From Selaginella moellendorffii (taxonomy: Eukaryota; Plantae; Lycopodiophyta), in NCBI RefSeq assembly GCF_000143415.4, contig NW_003314401.1, positions 1 through 64,000 of the forward strand: a stretch of 64,000 bases of DNA, in the 5' to 3' direction. Both the position numbers and the translations under genes were made by a program. The notes beneath the pieces are model-generated. The model had not been told where the DNA came from, did no database searches, and saw only the letters and a program-made list of their open reading frames with translations. This document shows, piece after piece, positions 11,460 to 23,743 of the stretch; positions within the stretch are counted from its first letter, which is position 1, and every line of letters starts with the position of its first letter.

Positions 11460-12300
11460 GCGCTTTCTTTCTTTTCCTTTAAACCTGTAAAAAGACAAAA
11501 CAGTAAGCATACATACATAAGAAGGTCGACGACAACCTGATATAGCCTGATATCTGGTTCGCTACGTTTTGCCTTTTGAAGGTTGATTGCATTGGGAGTT
11601 TCATTACCGGCTGGGGTCCTGGAGACATTACAAGGATTAGAGAACGAGCCAGAACTTTGTAAAGTATATAAAACGTACTCGTAAGCTTTATGATCTATGA
11701 TTTTTGACACGCATAAACTTCCATATGAATTCTTCCAGTTGTATCGGGAGTCCAATCTTGGGGAGTTTAAAGCTAGAGGCTCACTTTTCTCAGTTTTTTT
11801 TCCCTTGCCGGTGACTGTTGGCAACTCAAAACACTGCCAAGCAATTGGCACTAAGAATTCTCGGTTGGTTTTGGAGCTCCAGTAGCTCATCTGGAATAGT
11901 CGAGTACCACAAAAGCGAGAAGAAACTGGCAAGTACCTTCTTTGGGGTCGTGAAGCTGATACTCCGCCGCTGGGCTTCATGCAAGCTTCAATCCTTGCAC
12001 AGTTTGCTCACTATCAATGTCCGAGTTGCGTACGTACTCTAATGCTTAGTTAGGCACTTTACCGGTACCACACCCTCCTTTGGGACTGGAGCCGGAGCTG
12101 GAGCTGGAACCTCGATTGAGAAAGGGATCATGAACTCCAAGCCAGTGTATGGCTGCAAGGCCCTGGGAGGTAGTTCTCCAAAATGCAGCACAATGTTCAC
12201 GGTCAGTTCAGCAGGTGGCTTTGGTTCGTTGGCCAGGAAAGAAACAAAGGGCTATGCAACAGAGGAGCTCCATATCTTCCCAAAACCATTTTTTATAAGT
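11460..12300 (-). pseudogene. Possible decayed multi-exon gene of unknown product
   Basis: Exon-like segments (e.g. ANEPKPPAELTVNIVLHFGELPPRALQPYTGLEFMIPFSIEVPAPAPAP) separated by ~50-bp GT-AG intron-like spacers. No continuous frame could be built. Confidence 0.25.
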
Positions 12301-13961
12301 TTCTATTTCCATCAAAACTTGAAGTCCACTTTCTTTGTGCGAGAATCTTTCTCGGCCTTGCGCTTTCGTTTCTTCGGAAACGTATGTAAAAGCTTAGGCA
12401 ATTCGCAAAAAAACATGTAAGTTTCTTTCATTTACCGCAGCAACCATGTTGCTTTTCTGCTGCTACTCTTCAAACCTGTGAAGTACTCAAAAGGAAAGCG
12501 AATGAAGCAGGAAAACGTCCACAAACCTTGCATGTTTCAGGCAGTAGAGTATTTGGAATTCCCGTCGAAGCAAATGAAATGGCAACTTTTCCGCTTTCCC
12601 TGCAGAGACATGCATACTTTCAGAGCCGAGAAAAAACTACCTATGAGTTCCGAGAAATGCAGATCATCTCATCCAATGCAACACAAAAATTGTAGCTTCT
12701 AAAAATGGAAGTCCCTGCCTCTTCCTCTAGACGATTGAATTTGTCAAAAATCCGCTGGAACTCCACAAATCCATGGCCCGAAGGGAGATATGTCTAGAAC
12801 ATATTCAATCTCCACGCTTTTGACATTCTGCTGGAGCAAAGCAAGCAATTCATAACGCAAAACCGAGACTACCTTGCTCTAGCAGAATGTAGTTGGAATG
12901 TTTTCCCGGTTGCTTTGGGGTCTTCCTTCTTCTGCATCGCTCTGCCACTTCTCAGCCAACTCCCTCAAACCATAATATTAATAATAGTAATTTCTGTTAA
13001 AGAAATAGAAAATTAATTTAAGCTACAGTATTGTTTATATACATTCTAATATGGGTTATTGAGGAGCTCAAAAACCTCTCAGCAACCTGGTCCCTTCGTA
13101 CTCTGCTGGGATTGGATAACCAGCTACCTGCAACGCCGCTCAAGGATTTTCTCTTAATTTTGGGAATGGTGGGAGATTAGCAGGTTAATCCACCTCAATG
13201 GCTGAACTAAGACAACACTCAATCGGTGTTTGATGTTTGATATCATTTGTGGCGTCACTTTGCTGTTGGTTTTAGATCTACAATGAGGAAAGAAGGTTTG
13301 CACGTCATGAATACCTGCCAGAAGACGAAGGTTATCCTCACTGTGTCCTTGCCCGCCATTCACCAGAAGATGCATATGGTAGTATTCACCACTTAAACGC
13401 TTTTTTAGAGACTCAGAAAACTTGCAGGATCTTGTGCAATTCATGGACAGAGAGAGGACCCATAGAGGACACTCGCAAAAAGCTACCACCAGATGTGGTG
13501 CAACAGCAGCAGGATCAAGGTGTTAAGTTGCCAACAATTTCTCGGCAGGCACAAGACCAGGAGCTCTTGGGAGGAGCCTTCTTAGCTTGTCAAGGTTCAC
13601 GGCAGCAAGTATCCAGGACTGCCAGACGAAGAGCCAGAGACTTGCCAGATGTCCTTTCGTTCTTGTCATGTTGGTCGTGTTGTTTGAGCGGGTCAAGCTC
13701 ACCATTCCCGGACGATCCGAGCGTCACTGGATTGATCGCTAGGTTTTTTCCTTCGCTTGCATCTGGTAATCATCTCCGAATCGAAGCATGGTTTTTCTCA
13801 ATTGCAAACCTGGTGAGGACGACAATCTTTTTTTCCCCGCTGGTGTGTTTGCGTCCGGGAGTTTGTAAACCGCCACTGCTTCTCCGCCAGCTCCCCGCCA
13901 AGTACATAAAAATTAATTCTTTATTGTAAAAACCAGGAATGCACATACCCCCTAGTGTGAT

Positions 13962-14834
13962 TTAGTCACTATCAAAACCAAATACTTCTGGCTCTCGCCA
14001 TGTGGTCCCTTCGTACTCTGCTGGGATCGGATAACCAGATGCCTTCAACGCCTCCCTAGTCTCAGGCACCTGGAGTATCTGAAGCCTGTCATGGATGGCC
14101 CCGAACCAGGGGAAAGTGGTATACGTGCCTTGCGACCCAATCGCAAGGCTGGTGCCACTCAGCCCAAACTCGTTGCAGGAGAACGCGATAACAGCATCTC
14201 CATGCGAGGCAGGAGCGTTCACATCCACCGGCCATGCCTTCACACGATCATTGTCCGGGTAGCCGAGCCTCGCCACAACCTCATCCCTCATATTGCAGTG
14301 GAGTAGAAGCTGGAGGGTGTTGACCTCCAGCCGGGTGGACCGATATAACTTGGGCTCCCAATCTCCAAACCCCACGCAGTAGGATGGGAAAGCCTTGACC
14401 GCCATGTCTGCCACCATCGTCCCTGGGCTCTCGGTGCACGCGGGTGAAAGGATGATCCCCTCCACCTCCTTCCTTCCTTCCTTAAGGAAAGGAAACACAA
14501 GCCTGATCTTGTCTCCAGCCTTGTAAATCTTGGTGGAGGGAACTTCTTCTTCTTCTGCGACTGTGAGGCAACACAAGCCCTCCCCAATAAGGACGGCCTT
14601 GTTGCCCTGGTCATCCCTTCCCAGAATCTCTGCAGCTTCCTCAACAGCAAAATCCCAATCGGACAAACCCAACCAAGCTTTTGCTATTCTCGCAAAAGGC
14701 TTCTTCACCCACGAAGAAGAATGCTTCAAACCAAGGTGTGACCTCACCTTGTCGACGTTCACAATCCATTCCCCGAAACGCGGCGGGAAGGGCTTCCATC
14801 CGGTGCCAGGCTCCACCAAATCCTTGCGCCACAT
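13962..14834 (-). CDS. Intronless 290-aa protein of unknown function (orphan), copy A
   Basis: ATG-to-TAA ORF with coding-like composition. Frame preserved in copy B. Confidence 0.6.
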   Translation of the reverse strand: MWRKDLVEPGTGWKPFPPRFGEWIVNVDKVRSHLGLKHSSSWVKKPFARIAKAWLGLSDWDFAVEEAAEILGRDDQGNKAVLIGEGLCCLTVAEEEEVPSTKIYKAGDKIRLVFPFLKEGRKEVEGIILSPACTESPGTMVADMAVKAFPSYCVGFGDWEPKLYRSTRLEVNTLQLLLHCNMRDEVVARLGYPDNDRVKAWPVDVNAPASHGDAVIAFSCNEFGLSGTSLAIGSQGTYTTFPWFGAIHDRLQILQVPETREALKASGYPIPAEYEGTTWREPEVFGFDSD

Positions 14835-15410
14835 TCTAAAATGACAACCCTAAACTTGCAAATTTATAGAGATTTGAACTGGGTCATGCATACTATTCTC
14901 CCCATGACAGGCTTCAGATACTCCAGGTGCCCAGCAGAGTACAAATGATCCTTTACACTTTATGTCTTAAGAGACTTACTGGAGCGGTATGTCTTGAATT
15001 GTACTTGTTTCATTCTTTTTTCTGTTTTTTATTCTTTTGGAATAGGTGATCAAGTGATTGTACACTTGATTCTTAGACAAATTTTGTGCACCTCATCTGA
15101 GTGGCTTTGCTCAGTGAATGCTGAAGATGCTGTGGAAACTGAATGTGTCTGTGCATTTTCCTGAGGACAACCAGTGGATGGAAGAGCCCCATTTGAAATT
15201 TTTGCAACTGGACAATTTAATAAGGCTATTTTTAATTTCACTATATATATGTATACACAAAGAAGTGGGCTTTTTATCTATCCTCCCATAGTCTTTTAGT
15301 CCTCTTACTCCCTTCCCCACTCCAACTGCTCGTTTGAGGTAAGTATGCCATGATTTTGTCCCTAAGCAAAATCGAGCATTTAGGCATCCAAAGGCCTTTG
15401 TGGTTCTTTG

Positions 15411-16230
15411 GTATCTTGGTAATTATTGATTAACAACCTCTATTGAGCTAAAGGGAACTAGCACCTCTATTTTCACACTAAATTTACTAATTTAGTATCT
15501 TGGTAACTATTGATTAACAACCCCTATTGAGCCAAGGGGAACCAACACTTTTAATTCAATCCAATGTACCAATCCTTCCATTATATAGATAAGTTATTCC
15601 ATATGGGTAACTATTGACTAACAACCTTTGCTGAGGTAACACCTCTATTTTTACACTAAATCTACTAATCCGGTATTTTGGTAATTATTGACTAACAACC
15701 CTTATTGAGCCAAGGGGAACTAGCACCTCCAATCCAATCCAATTTACCAATCTTTCAATTGTGTAGACAAGTTATTCCATGTGAGGTAACACTTATATAT
15801 GGTAGTCACATGTATTATAGTCCCACGGTGGATACCTTCATCCGTGAATACTTCATACAAAAGGGTAACTATTGACTAACAACCTCTATTGAGCTAGCAC
15901 CTCCATTTCCACACTAAATCTACCAATTAGGTATTTTAGTAACTATTAACTAACAACCCCTATTGAGCCAAGGGGAACCAGCACCTCCAATTCAATCCAA
16001 TCGACCAATCTTTCCATTGTGTAGACAAGTTATTCCATGTGAGGCAACACCTGTATGTGGTAGTCACATGGTGGATACCTTCGTCTGTGGATACTTCACA
16101 CAAGAGGAAAGATGTACGCATGGATGCTCAATACATATGATTTCGGCACACAGTGGATACCTTCGTCCATAGATACTTCACATAATAGAAAAGACGTACG
16201 CATGGATGCTCAATACATATGATTTCGGGT
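15411..16230. repeat. Modular complex tandem repeat island, copy A
   Basis: Recurring modules aactattgactaacaacc, tattgagccaaggggaaccagcacc, aatccaatctaccaatc, gtgtagacaag and gtggatac. Confidence 0.85.
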
Positions 16231-17599
16231 AGAAATACCTTGCATAAAGGTATATTATACTTTTAAGTAGCCATTAATCAATGTAAATAGCCACTAATCA
16301 ATGGGAATTGAATCCATGCCATTTGCTTTGATACTACATATAACACACCTTATCTTTCTCCGCTTAAGCTAATTGAAAAATGGGCAATTGCTTCCACACC
16401 TCCATCATTATTTGGGTCACCACACTCCAATTGCATAAGTTATGCCATTCTCATTTCCATTAGGATTCCTTTGGGAAGGGGTTCTCATGAACCTACCAAC
16501 TTGAGTTCATCGGATGTATGTAGGCAACCACTATCCAGAAGTTTTTGGCTGGGATAAACTTACTGTCTCATGACTTGAAATCCAGACCTTCTTTGTTGAT
16601 ATATACTTTCTCTTGTTTCGAAAACATAAGTACAATGAAAGAATAATGTTTGGAAGGCTAAAAACCTAGCCAACATCCCAAGATCTATGGCTCCCGTGCT
16701 TATAGTTGAGTAGGAGAATGTTGGTACAAACAACAGTATAGTGGCCACGCTTGTCACTCACTTCATCGACCATGAATTGTAGTGATCGCCAATAAACCCT
16801 AAACCGTAATAAAATCGAGTGCGAGGTAATAAAGTATTTTTCTAGGATGCATCCTTGATGACTCTGTTCTTCCATGCTATTTTTTTTAGAGGTTTAAGGT
16901 TTTTTTAGAGGTTTTCTCTTATTTTCACTTGTTTTTTCTCCATTTTTTCTCTTTTTGTTTTAGTATCTAGTTCTTTTGTCAACTTCTCCCATATGGTTTC
17001 CTTTCAACTTCAGAACTCTACACTTTCTTTTTTCTTCATCTTCTCTTTTCTTCGTTTTTCTTTAGTCTTTTTTCCTCAGAACAATTGTCAACATAGGACA
17101 TCATAGTGGAGTCTACACCAATACTTAGGCCTTGTGTTCTCGCGTGCAACAGAGTTAATGCATTCTTTAGATGGTTAGAGTTGAGCAAGATTCTCTAAAA
17201 TATTCAATATTCTAGGGGGCACAGAGGTATATTCCCCATTTTTTAGGGTAGAGAGTTCACAAAGAGATATTTTTTAGTTGGATTTTAGAGTATGATAGAG
17301 TGTTTTTCCCACTGTTGAAAGGCTCCCTTTTCAACATTAACATAACAAACTAGTATGTCATGGATACCCTTGGCTATCTGTAATGGGATTAAACATGTGT
17401 TACATTCGCTAAATTGAAAGTTTATATAGATATATAAATTTGTATAGTCTAGTAAGCCTATTGGTTATATGGCCATTCCTCCAAAGACTGATGATGCTTG
17501 AATATGTCTAGGATGACTTGGCAATTTAGCCTACTCAAACCATGATGCTATGAGTCAATTGATTTTGACATAACAATTAGTGGTGGATGTTTGCAATCA

Positions 17600-18290
17600 C
17601 TTGATTTAGTCCTAGACATTGTCTTCCTTCTTGAAGCTCCACTCTTGGTATTTCTCATTCAATCCTAGAATGAAAAGTGCCAAGTGGTCATCTTTTTAAT
17701 GTACTTTGAAGCTTTCTCCATTGCTCCCTATTAACTTGTCAAAACATGTTCATCTCCAATGCCCATGAGTGTTGACAATAAACTTTGATAAAGTGCTTGT
17801 CATGCCTTAGTTGAAGCAGTGGCATTTTTCACCTTATTTGATCAAAATTATCTTGTGGTGTTGTCAACATCCTTGAAATCCTCTACACACTTTTTGTATT
17901 TCTTTCATTGCTCTAGGGACAACTTCCCAAGCTCTATTTCATTCAGCCTTGATGGTGGCTGCTCCTTTCTAGTGAGTAACCCAAGAACCTTCTTCTTTTT
18001 CAGCTTCCTCTCAAAGACAAAAATCCCTCAAATCCACTAGACTTTCCCATCACTTACAAATTGCCCTTAATCCTCTAAGACCATGTTGGGACAGAATATA
18101 CAGCAGACACACACATGTATAGGGATACAATACTTATATACTCCTTGCTTTCACAAGTCACAGTAGTGACTATGCTTCAACAGGGATTAACGATTTCTCA
18201 TAAGGAGAGATAGATTTTGGAGGGAGGAATTTATACAAGAATTCCATGATCAAGAAATAAAGCATCACAGCAAGGATATCCCCAAGGCTA
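17600..18290 (-). mobile_element. Possible LTR-retroelement gag/LTR remnant
   Basis: Gag-like DDHLALFILGLNEKYQ on the minus strand, and a PBS-like TGGTCTTAGAG abutting a tgttggga LTR-like end near 18085. Confidence 0.25.
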
Positions 18291-19025
18291 GTACATGCCC
18301 TACATATGGTCAGCTTTGGCTGGAGGTTGAGGGCAGTGGTGTTTGCACTCTTGATGTTTTTGTTGTGTTTGGCTGCAATAGGTATGCATCATTAGATTAG
18401 TTTCTCTATGACAACACTAACAATCCCTATGGGACATTGGGGAATGTTCATACATATTTAACCATTACAATCACTTCATCTCCCTTCCTGGGAATGTAGG
18501 TCAAATGGCTTTTGGTCTACCATGGTTGTGGTCACCAAGATTGTCCTGACATCCATTCAAACCAAGGAAAAATCGATCTTCTTTTAAAGTTAACTTTAAA
18601 AAAAAGCATATTAAAGTACCTTTAAGGCTACCAATTTCTTGAAGAAAATTTTGTGAGGAAGCCATTCAGCTCTTTTATTCTGGCAGATGTGTGGGAGCTC
18701 CTCCAGTAGCAGAGCCCCGTACACCTAGCCAGCGCCAGTGCTCCCTTCTCCAAGGTGGAAGTTTTTTAGTTAGTTCCTGGACAAAAAGCGAGGAATGTTT
18801 TTTGATGAGTACGTTCGTTCACCACTGCCTGTGAACCAGGATATCTTCCAGTACAAGCAACAGAAAGATCGCAAACTGTGTCATCTCATCTACGAGCTCA
18901 TGCTTTCTGTGTACCTGAACATGTTCTAGAATTCATCCAACGGTTCATATTCATTTCGAATAGAACTTAAACATGATATGATATGTCAGCAGCCACGCCA
19001 TATTCTCGTTCAAACCCTAGGGGGC

Positions 19026-19863
19026 ATGAAGCGCCCGCGACGGCCACTGGAGCTGGAGGATGGAATCTCAGACGCCGACGACGACGGCGATGTTGGGCGC
19101 AAGGCAGGCACGAGGTAGCTGCATTTCCAGTGATTCTATTCTTCATTTCTAGCGATCATTCTCTTGCAGGGTGGATTCTAGCCTTGATCCGATCGATAGT
19201 GATACCACGTCCGAGGTAACGAGACATAGCCTGGCCCTTCTCTTTCTTCTCCTCTCATTGATTGTTTTTCTAGGATGCATCCTTGACCAAGCTTTCTGTG
19301 CAAGAGCTTCAAGAGTTTAGCAGCGACGGCGGTGGTCTTCCGGCAGAAACCTCGTCAAAGTTTAAGTCAGTGGCTCTTCCATGCCGTCCTTCACATCTGA
19401 CGTTTCTTTGATTCGTAAAGGTTTGAAGCGCTCTTGGCACAACTGGGAGGGCGCCACAATCACTTGAGCTCAGACATGAAACCAGCTGGTATGCCTTTCC
19501 CTGTTTTGTTCTCTTCGACATGATCACGGTTCCTTGCTTTAGATGGTTCTCTCACTTTACGAGTGCTCGAGAAATCGTCGCCTGAGGCACATCTCACATC
19601 CACAAAGTGCGAGGTTTTGGAGACCTTTGAAGCTGTCACCGCTATTTTCGACAGCCTTCCTCCCGATGTACAGGTCGGATGTGTTGTATCCATCCATCCT
19701 CCATGGTAAGGAAAGATCTTCGCTGAGGACAGTCTCTCTAATTTTGTGCCGTTTTTTTTTTCAACCCCGGCACGAAGTAGCGAGTGTTAAAGGACATGGA
19801 AGAGTACTTCTCGTTCCTCGTTTTGAGCTTCTCTTGGCCCAAAAGGACGTGGATTTCCCTTGA
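19026..19863 (+). CDS. Small multi-exon gene of unknown function, copy A
   Basis: aaaccctag leader, then ATG MKRPRRPLELEDGISDADDDG. Several ~50-70-bp GT-AG introns. Later exons read DGSLTLRVLEK...GCVVSIHPPW and HEVASVKGHGRVLLVPRF...DFP*. Exon model is tentative. Confidence 0.4.
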
Positions 19864-20200
19864 AAGTACAGTCGAAACTTCTCGTGCTGAATTTTTTTTT
19901 TTTTTTATGTTTTGTTTCAGTAACAAAAAAAGTCTTGGTAAAGACGACTTGACGACAAAAGCAAGTTCGACGATCCTGCCACGCCAGTCAATGATACACG
20001 CTGATCTTGAAACTCTCTACGAGCCCCGCGTGGATTGCGAGATCATTGGCGGTCGCCATAAACCAGCCTGAACGTCCAAAAGCTCTAAGACACATCGAAT
20101 TTCCGAACTCTCTACGCATCCTTGAAAGAGTCAAAGCAGGCAGCTTCTTCCCGCTTATTTAAGCAGACCAAGCAATGTGCTCGACTCACAGACTACAACA

Positions 20201-23099
20201 ATGGCTTCGCATTCCGTGAATCAAGTGAATGAATGGCGCAAGGCTCAAGAAATCGCGCTCTCTCTGGATGTGGTAGCGGCTGCAAAATCACAGTTGGAGT
20301 TCCTTTCGCTGGTACATGCCAATTTCAAGCTGTTTGAGAGGCCTGTTCTGGAAAGGGCAATTGAGAGGTGAGATATTTACTTGTTCGATCTAGTTTGCTG
20401 ATTTCTTCTTGGATTCTAGGTACCAGTACTGCTGCCTCCCGCTGTTAGCAAATTCTTCTGGGACTTTTGTCCCGCCACTCGACTGCGGCTGGATATGGCA
20501 TTGCCATCGCTTGAATCCTGTGAGTGTGGCTATTCATTATCTGTCCACTTCAATCTACTAAAGTTACGTGTCTGACTAGGTTCAATATGCTGACGACTGT
20601 AAGAGATTGTTCGGTAAAATTGTGGAGGGACCTTCTTTGGCGAGGCACAGAAATGATCTCCAACAAAGCGCCAGTACATGGGCTTCGAATTTTCCAGACG
20701 AACCATACACTCTTGACATTTACGCGATATACCGAAAGACCAACCAATATCTTTTATGACTTGGCAGAAGCAGCTCTCAGGCAGAAAAGTTTCTACTATC
20801 AGGCAAGTGATGATCTTTCCTTGGAAGCAAATTAACTTTGAGTACGCAGGTTTCTGAGCCGCATTACCTGGACGAGAGCTTCTTGGTAGTTGCTGTTGCA
20901 CGTTACAAGGCGTTTCTCCATCTCGTACGCACGTCTGGCACATCAACATTTTTCGTTCCCACTTACGACATCGATTTAATATGGCATACACATCAGCTTC
21001 ACCCTGTGAGCTACCACAACGATCTCACACAGGTACTGGGAAGGATCTTCGAGCATGACGACACAGATAGCAACCGAGATTCCGGAGGAAAACTGGACAA
21101 TGGATTCACAAAGACTCGATCTATGTGGGAAGACACGTATGGCCTTCCATACGAGAAAGCAGGGTGCATGTATAGAGGGGAGCCACCAGCATCCGTTCCC
21201 AAAACACCTGCTTATGATCCAGCCAAACTCGCCAGGCTCGCTAGTAAAAACGATTATGACTTGGCTGAGCGAAAGACCATTCAGGTATTGGAGTTCGCAG
21301 ATTTGTCAATCTCGTCTGATCCGATTCGATTCGATTTATGCAGGTTCATCTCTCCGTAAGAGGTACCAGAGGTTTGCCAGACGATAGGACCATCTACTAC
21401 GTGATAAGCTCGTTAAACCATCAAAAGTATCTGAATCTCGAGAGCCAACGAGGGAAGGCTTCCTCTCATCGGAGCGTAGTCTCAACCATAACAGCTGAAC
21501 TCTCCACCGAAGGGCTGGTGCTCGCAGTTCGACAGAAGCGCTTTTTGATATCCAGAACCGTGGGCCTGCTCCTGATTCCATGGAAAACTGTCATCCGCTC
21601 GGAAACGCAATCACTCAGCGGCTGGTTTCCATTGCTGGAGACAAAGAAGGACCGAGAAGTGTCGGTGCTGGTTTACATCTCCGTTACTCCTCCAGTCACT
21701 GCGCCTTATCTCTTCAGAAGCGTGAGAGTGAGAGACACGGGAGACGACTGTGCCACTCACAGCCTCCACAGTCACAGAGAAGGCATGTGGATAACAAGGA
21801 ATGTTTTCGACCACACCAGAAACGAATCCTTCGTCGTCCGTTGCAGGTTGCAAATTGAGCCACTTTTTTCTAGAACTAATGTGGCAACTTTTGCTTTAGA
21901 TACAAGGGTGGGGGGCTTTTGCTAAGGAGCATTCTCGACACCGATAAAGTTATCCATGTTCACAAAGGAGGGTGGACATACGACGGTTCTTACAACACTG
22001 GCTCCGTAAATGGTATGAGCATCTTCTGGACATGTTTTGCAAAAGATTTATAGTGTTGCTTTGTTTTCTCAGGTGAAATTCTAGGATCTGCGTGGCAACT
22101 AGAGAAACCATCTTCAGTGTCTAGGAGATGGTCTCTAATGAACGGGAAGGCTACTTTAACTGTTAACAGAGATGTCAAGGATGAGCACTGGAACATGAAA
22201 CCACAGCTCCGCGTTGAAATGAAATCCCACGACTGTCCGGTGAGTTAGTCTGCATATATAGTGGTACAGATTCTCTGATATAGTGGCTGATTCTCTGGAA
22301 AACTTGATTGTAGATCATGCTCTTCTCGGGGCGTCACCTGGAATTTGCTGTTCCTGGTGCATCCGAGCGACAGGAAGCGTGGTTTGTGACAATGGTAAGA
22401 TTCACAAGAGACGCTCCTCAAGGCAAGGCGACAGCTCTTTTCAACTGGCGATCTGGTGGCATGCAGGTAGACTTTAATCGAAACTTACTTCCAGTTTTGT
22501 GATTTGATTTGTCTCAGATTGATCGCAATGAGGATGTGCTGCTTGTGCTTCTTTTATCGGCAACCATAAGCATGTCCGTGTCGGATATGCTCGGCAAAGC
22601 CATTCCTTCGTGGACGAAGACGAGTAAACGAGTGATCGTCTCAGAAGAAGAAGAAGATCATTGGGGTGAGAAACAAGTTTCTTTGCACGCAAATTCTAAG
22701 AACATTGCTGCTTGACCAGGTGCTGTGACAGTTGATCGCCGCAAGGACGGAGGCGGAGGCGGAGAGGACGGGGACGGTGGCGGTGATGATTGTTTTTGCG
22801 GTGATGGCCAGTGCTGGTATGACGGAGGTGGTGGAGGTGGTGGTGGCGGAGGCGGGTGTGGCATCAGCGGAGGTGGGGGATGTGGTGGAGCAGGAGGTGG
22901 CGGAGGGGGAGGAGGAGGTTGTGGAGGAGGTGGCGGAGGGGGAGGAGGAGGTTGTGGAGGAGGTGGCGGAGGCGGTGGTGGTGGGTGTGGCGGAGGAGGA
23001 GGTGGTGGGTGTGGCGGAGGAGGAGGTGGTGGAGGCGGTGGTTGTGGGGGCGGTGGCGGGGGGGTCGGCGGCGGCGGCGGCGGCGGCGGGGGTATTTAA
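20201..23099 (+). pseudogene. GRDP1-like glycine-rich domain protein (DUF1399), copy A, probably disabled
   Basis: LDVVAAAKSQLEFL, VPPLDCGWIWHCHRLNP, FFVPTYDIDLIWHTHQLHP, EHDDTDSNR, GKATALFNW and a Gly/Cys tail. +1 frameshift in exon 3 (~20715-20735) and TGA at 22713-22715 before the Gly tail. Confidence 0.85.
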
Positions 23100-23170
23100 T
23101 CGTGTTTTTTCTGCCTGAACAGCTTTATTTATTTAAAGAAATTCATTTTATGCTTTTGTGCCGCTTTTGC

Positions 23171-23434
23171 CTATATAGCGAAACACCCAACAAAGATCCC
23201 GGCTTTCTGCTCCTCGCAACAGACTACAGTGTTGGAGCACTGATTCACAGCGACAACATTAAAGCACTTGAGAATGTCTGCGTCAATCTCTACAGGAATT
23301 CCTTCAGAAGNNNNNNNNNNNNNNNNNNNNNNNNNNNNNNNNNNNNNNNNNNNNNNNNNNNNNNNNNNNNNNNNNNNNNNNNNNNNNNNNNNNNNNNNNN
23401 NNNNNNNNNNNNNNNNNNNNNNNNNNNNNNNNNN
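23171..23434 (-). CDS. Class I hydrophobin-like secreted protein, copy A (5' half in assembly gap)
   Basis: 23171-23310 matches the 3' half of 39709-39972 (ends GCFAI*). The 174-N gap equals the corresponding 174-nt interval in copy B, so the start coordinate is inferred. Confidence 0.6.
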   Translation of the reverse strand, partial: XXXXXXXXXXXXXXXXXXXXXXXXXXXXXXXXXXXXXXXXXXSEGIPVEIDADILKCFNVVAVNQCSNTVVCCEEQKAGIFVGCFAI

Positions 23435-23484
23435 NNNNNNNNNNNNNNNNNNNNNNNNNNNNNNNNNNNNNNNNNNNNNNNNNN
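23311..23484. other. Assembly gap (174 N)
   Basis: N run. Confidence 1.
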
Positions 23485-23743
23485 GTATGATCAGATGACT
23501 TCTTCAACATTGTCACCTTTGCAGCTTTAGCTGATTCATGGATGCACGCCATTTGGTCATGCCATCCGCGAGCTCAACTTGACTGACAGTGTTCCATTTG
23601 TTGAAGTGTTCCTGCTCATTTCAATCGTTTACTTCCAGAGCTTCACTGCAACCATGAGAATTTTCATGAGGTTTGAAGGTGATGCTTGAGTGTGAGTGTC
23701 ACAAAATGGCCAGTTGCCAAGGACTTTTTAATTTACAAGTCTG

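Noticed and set aside
22732-23530. Arg/Trp-rich and Glu/Val-rich ORFs
   Set aside because: These are alternative frames of the GGN glycine-repeat tail.
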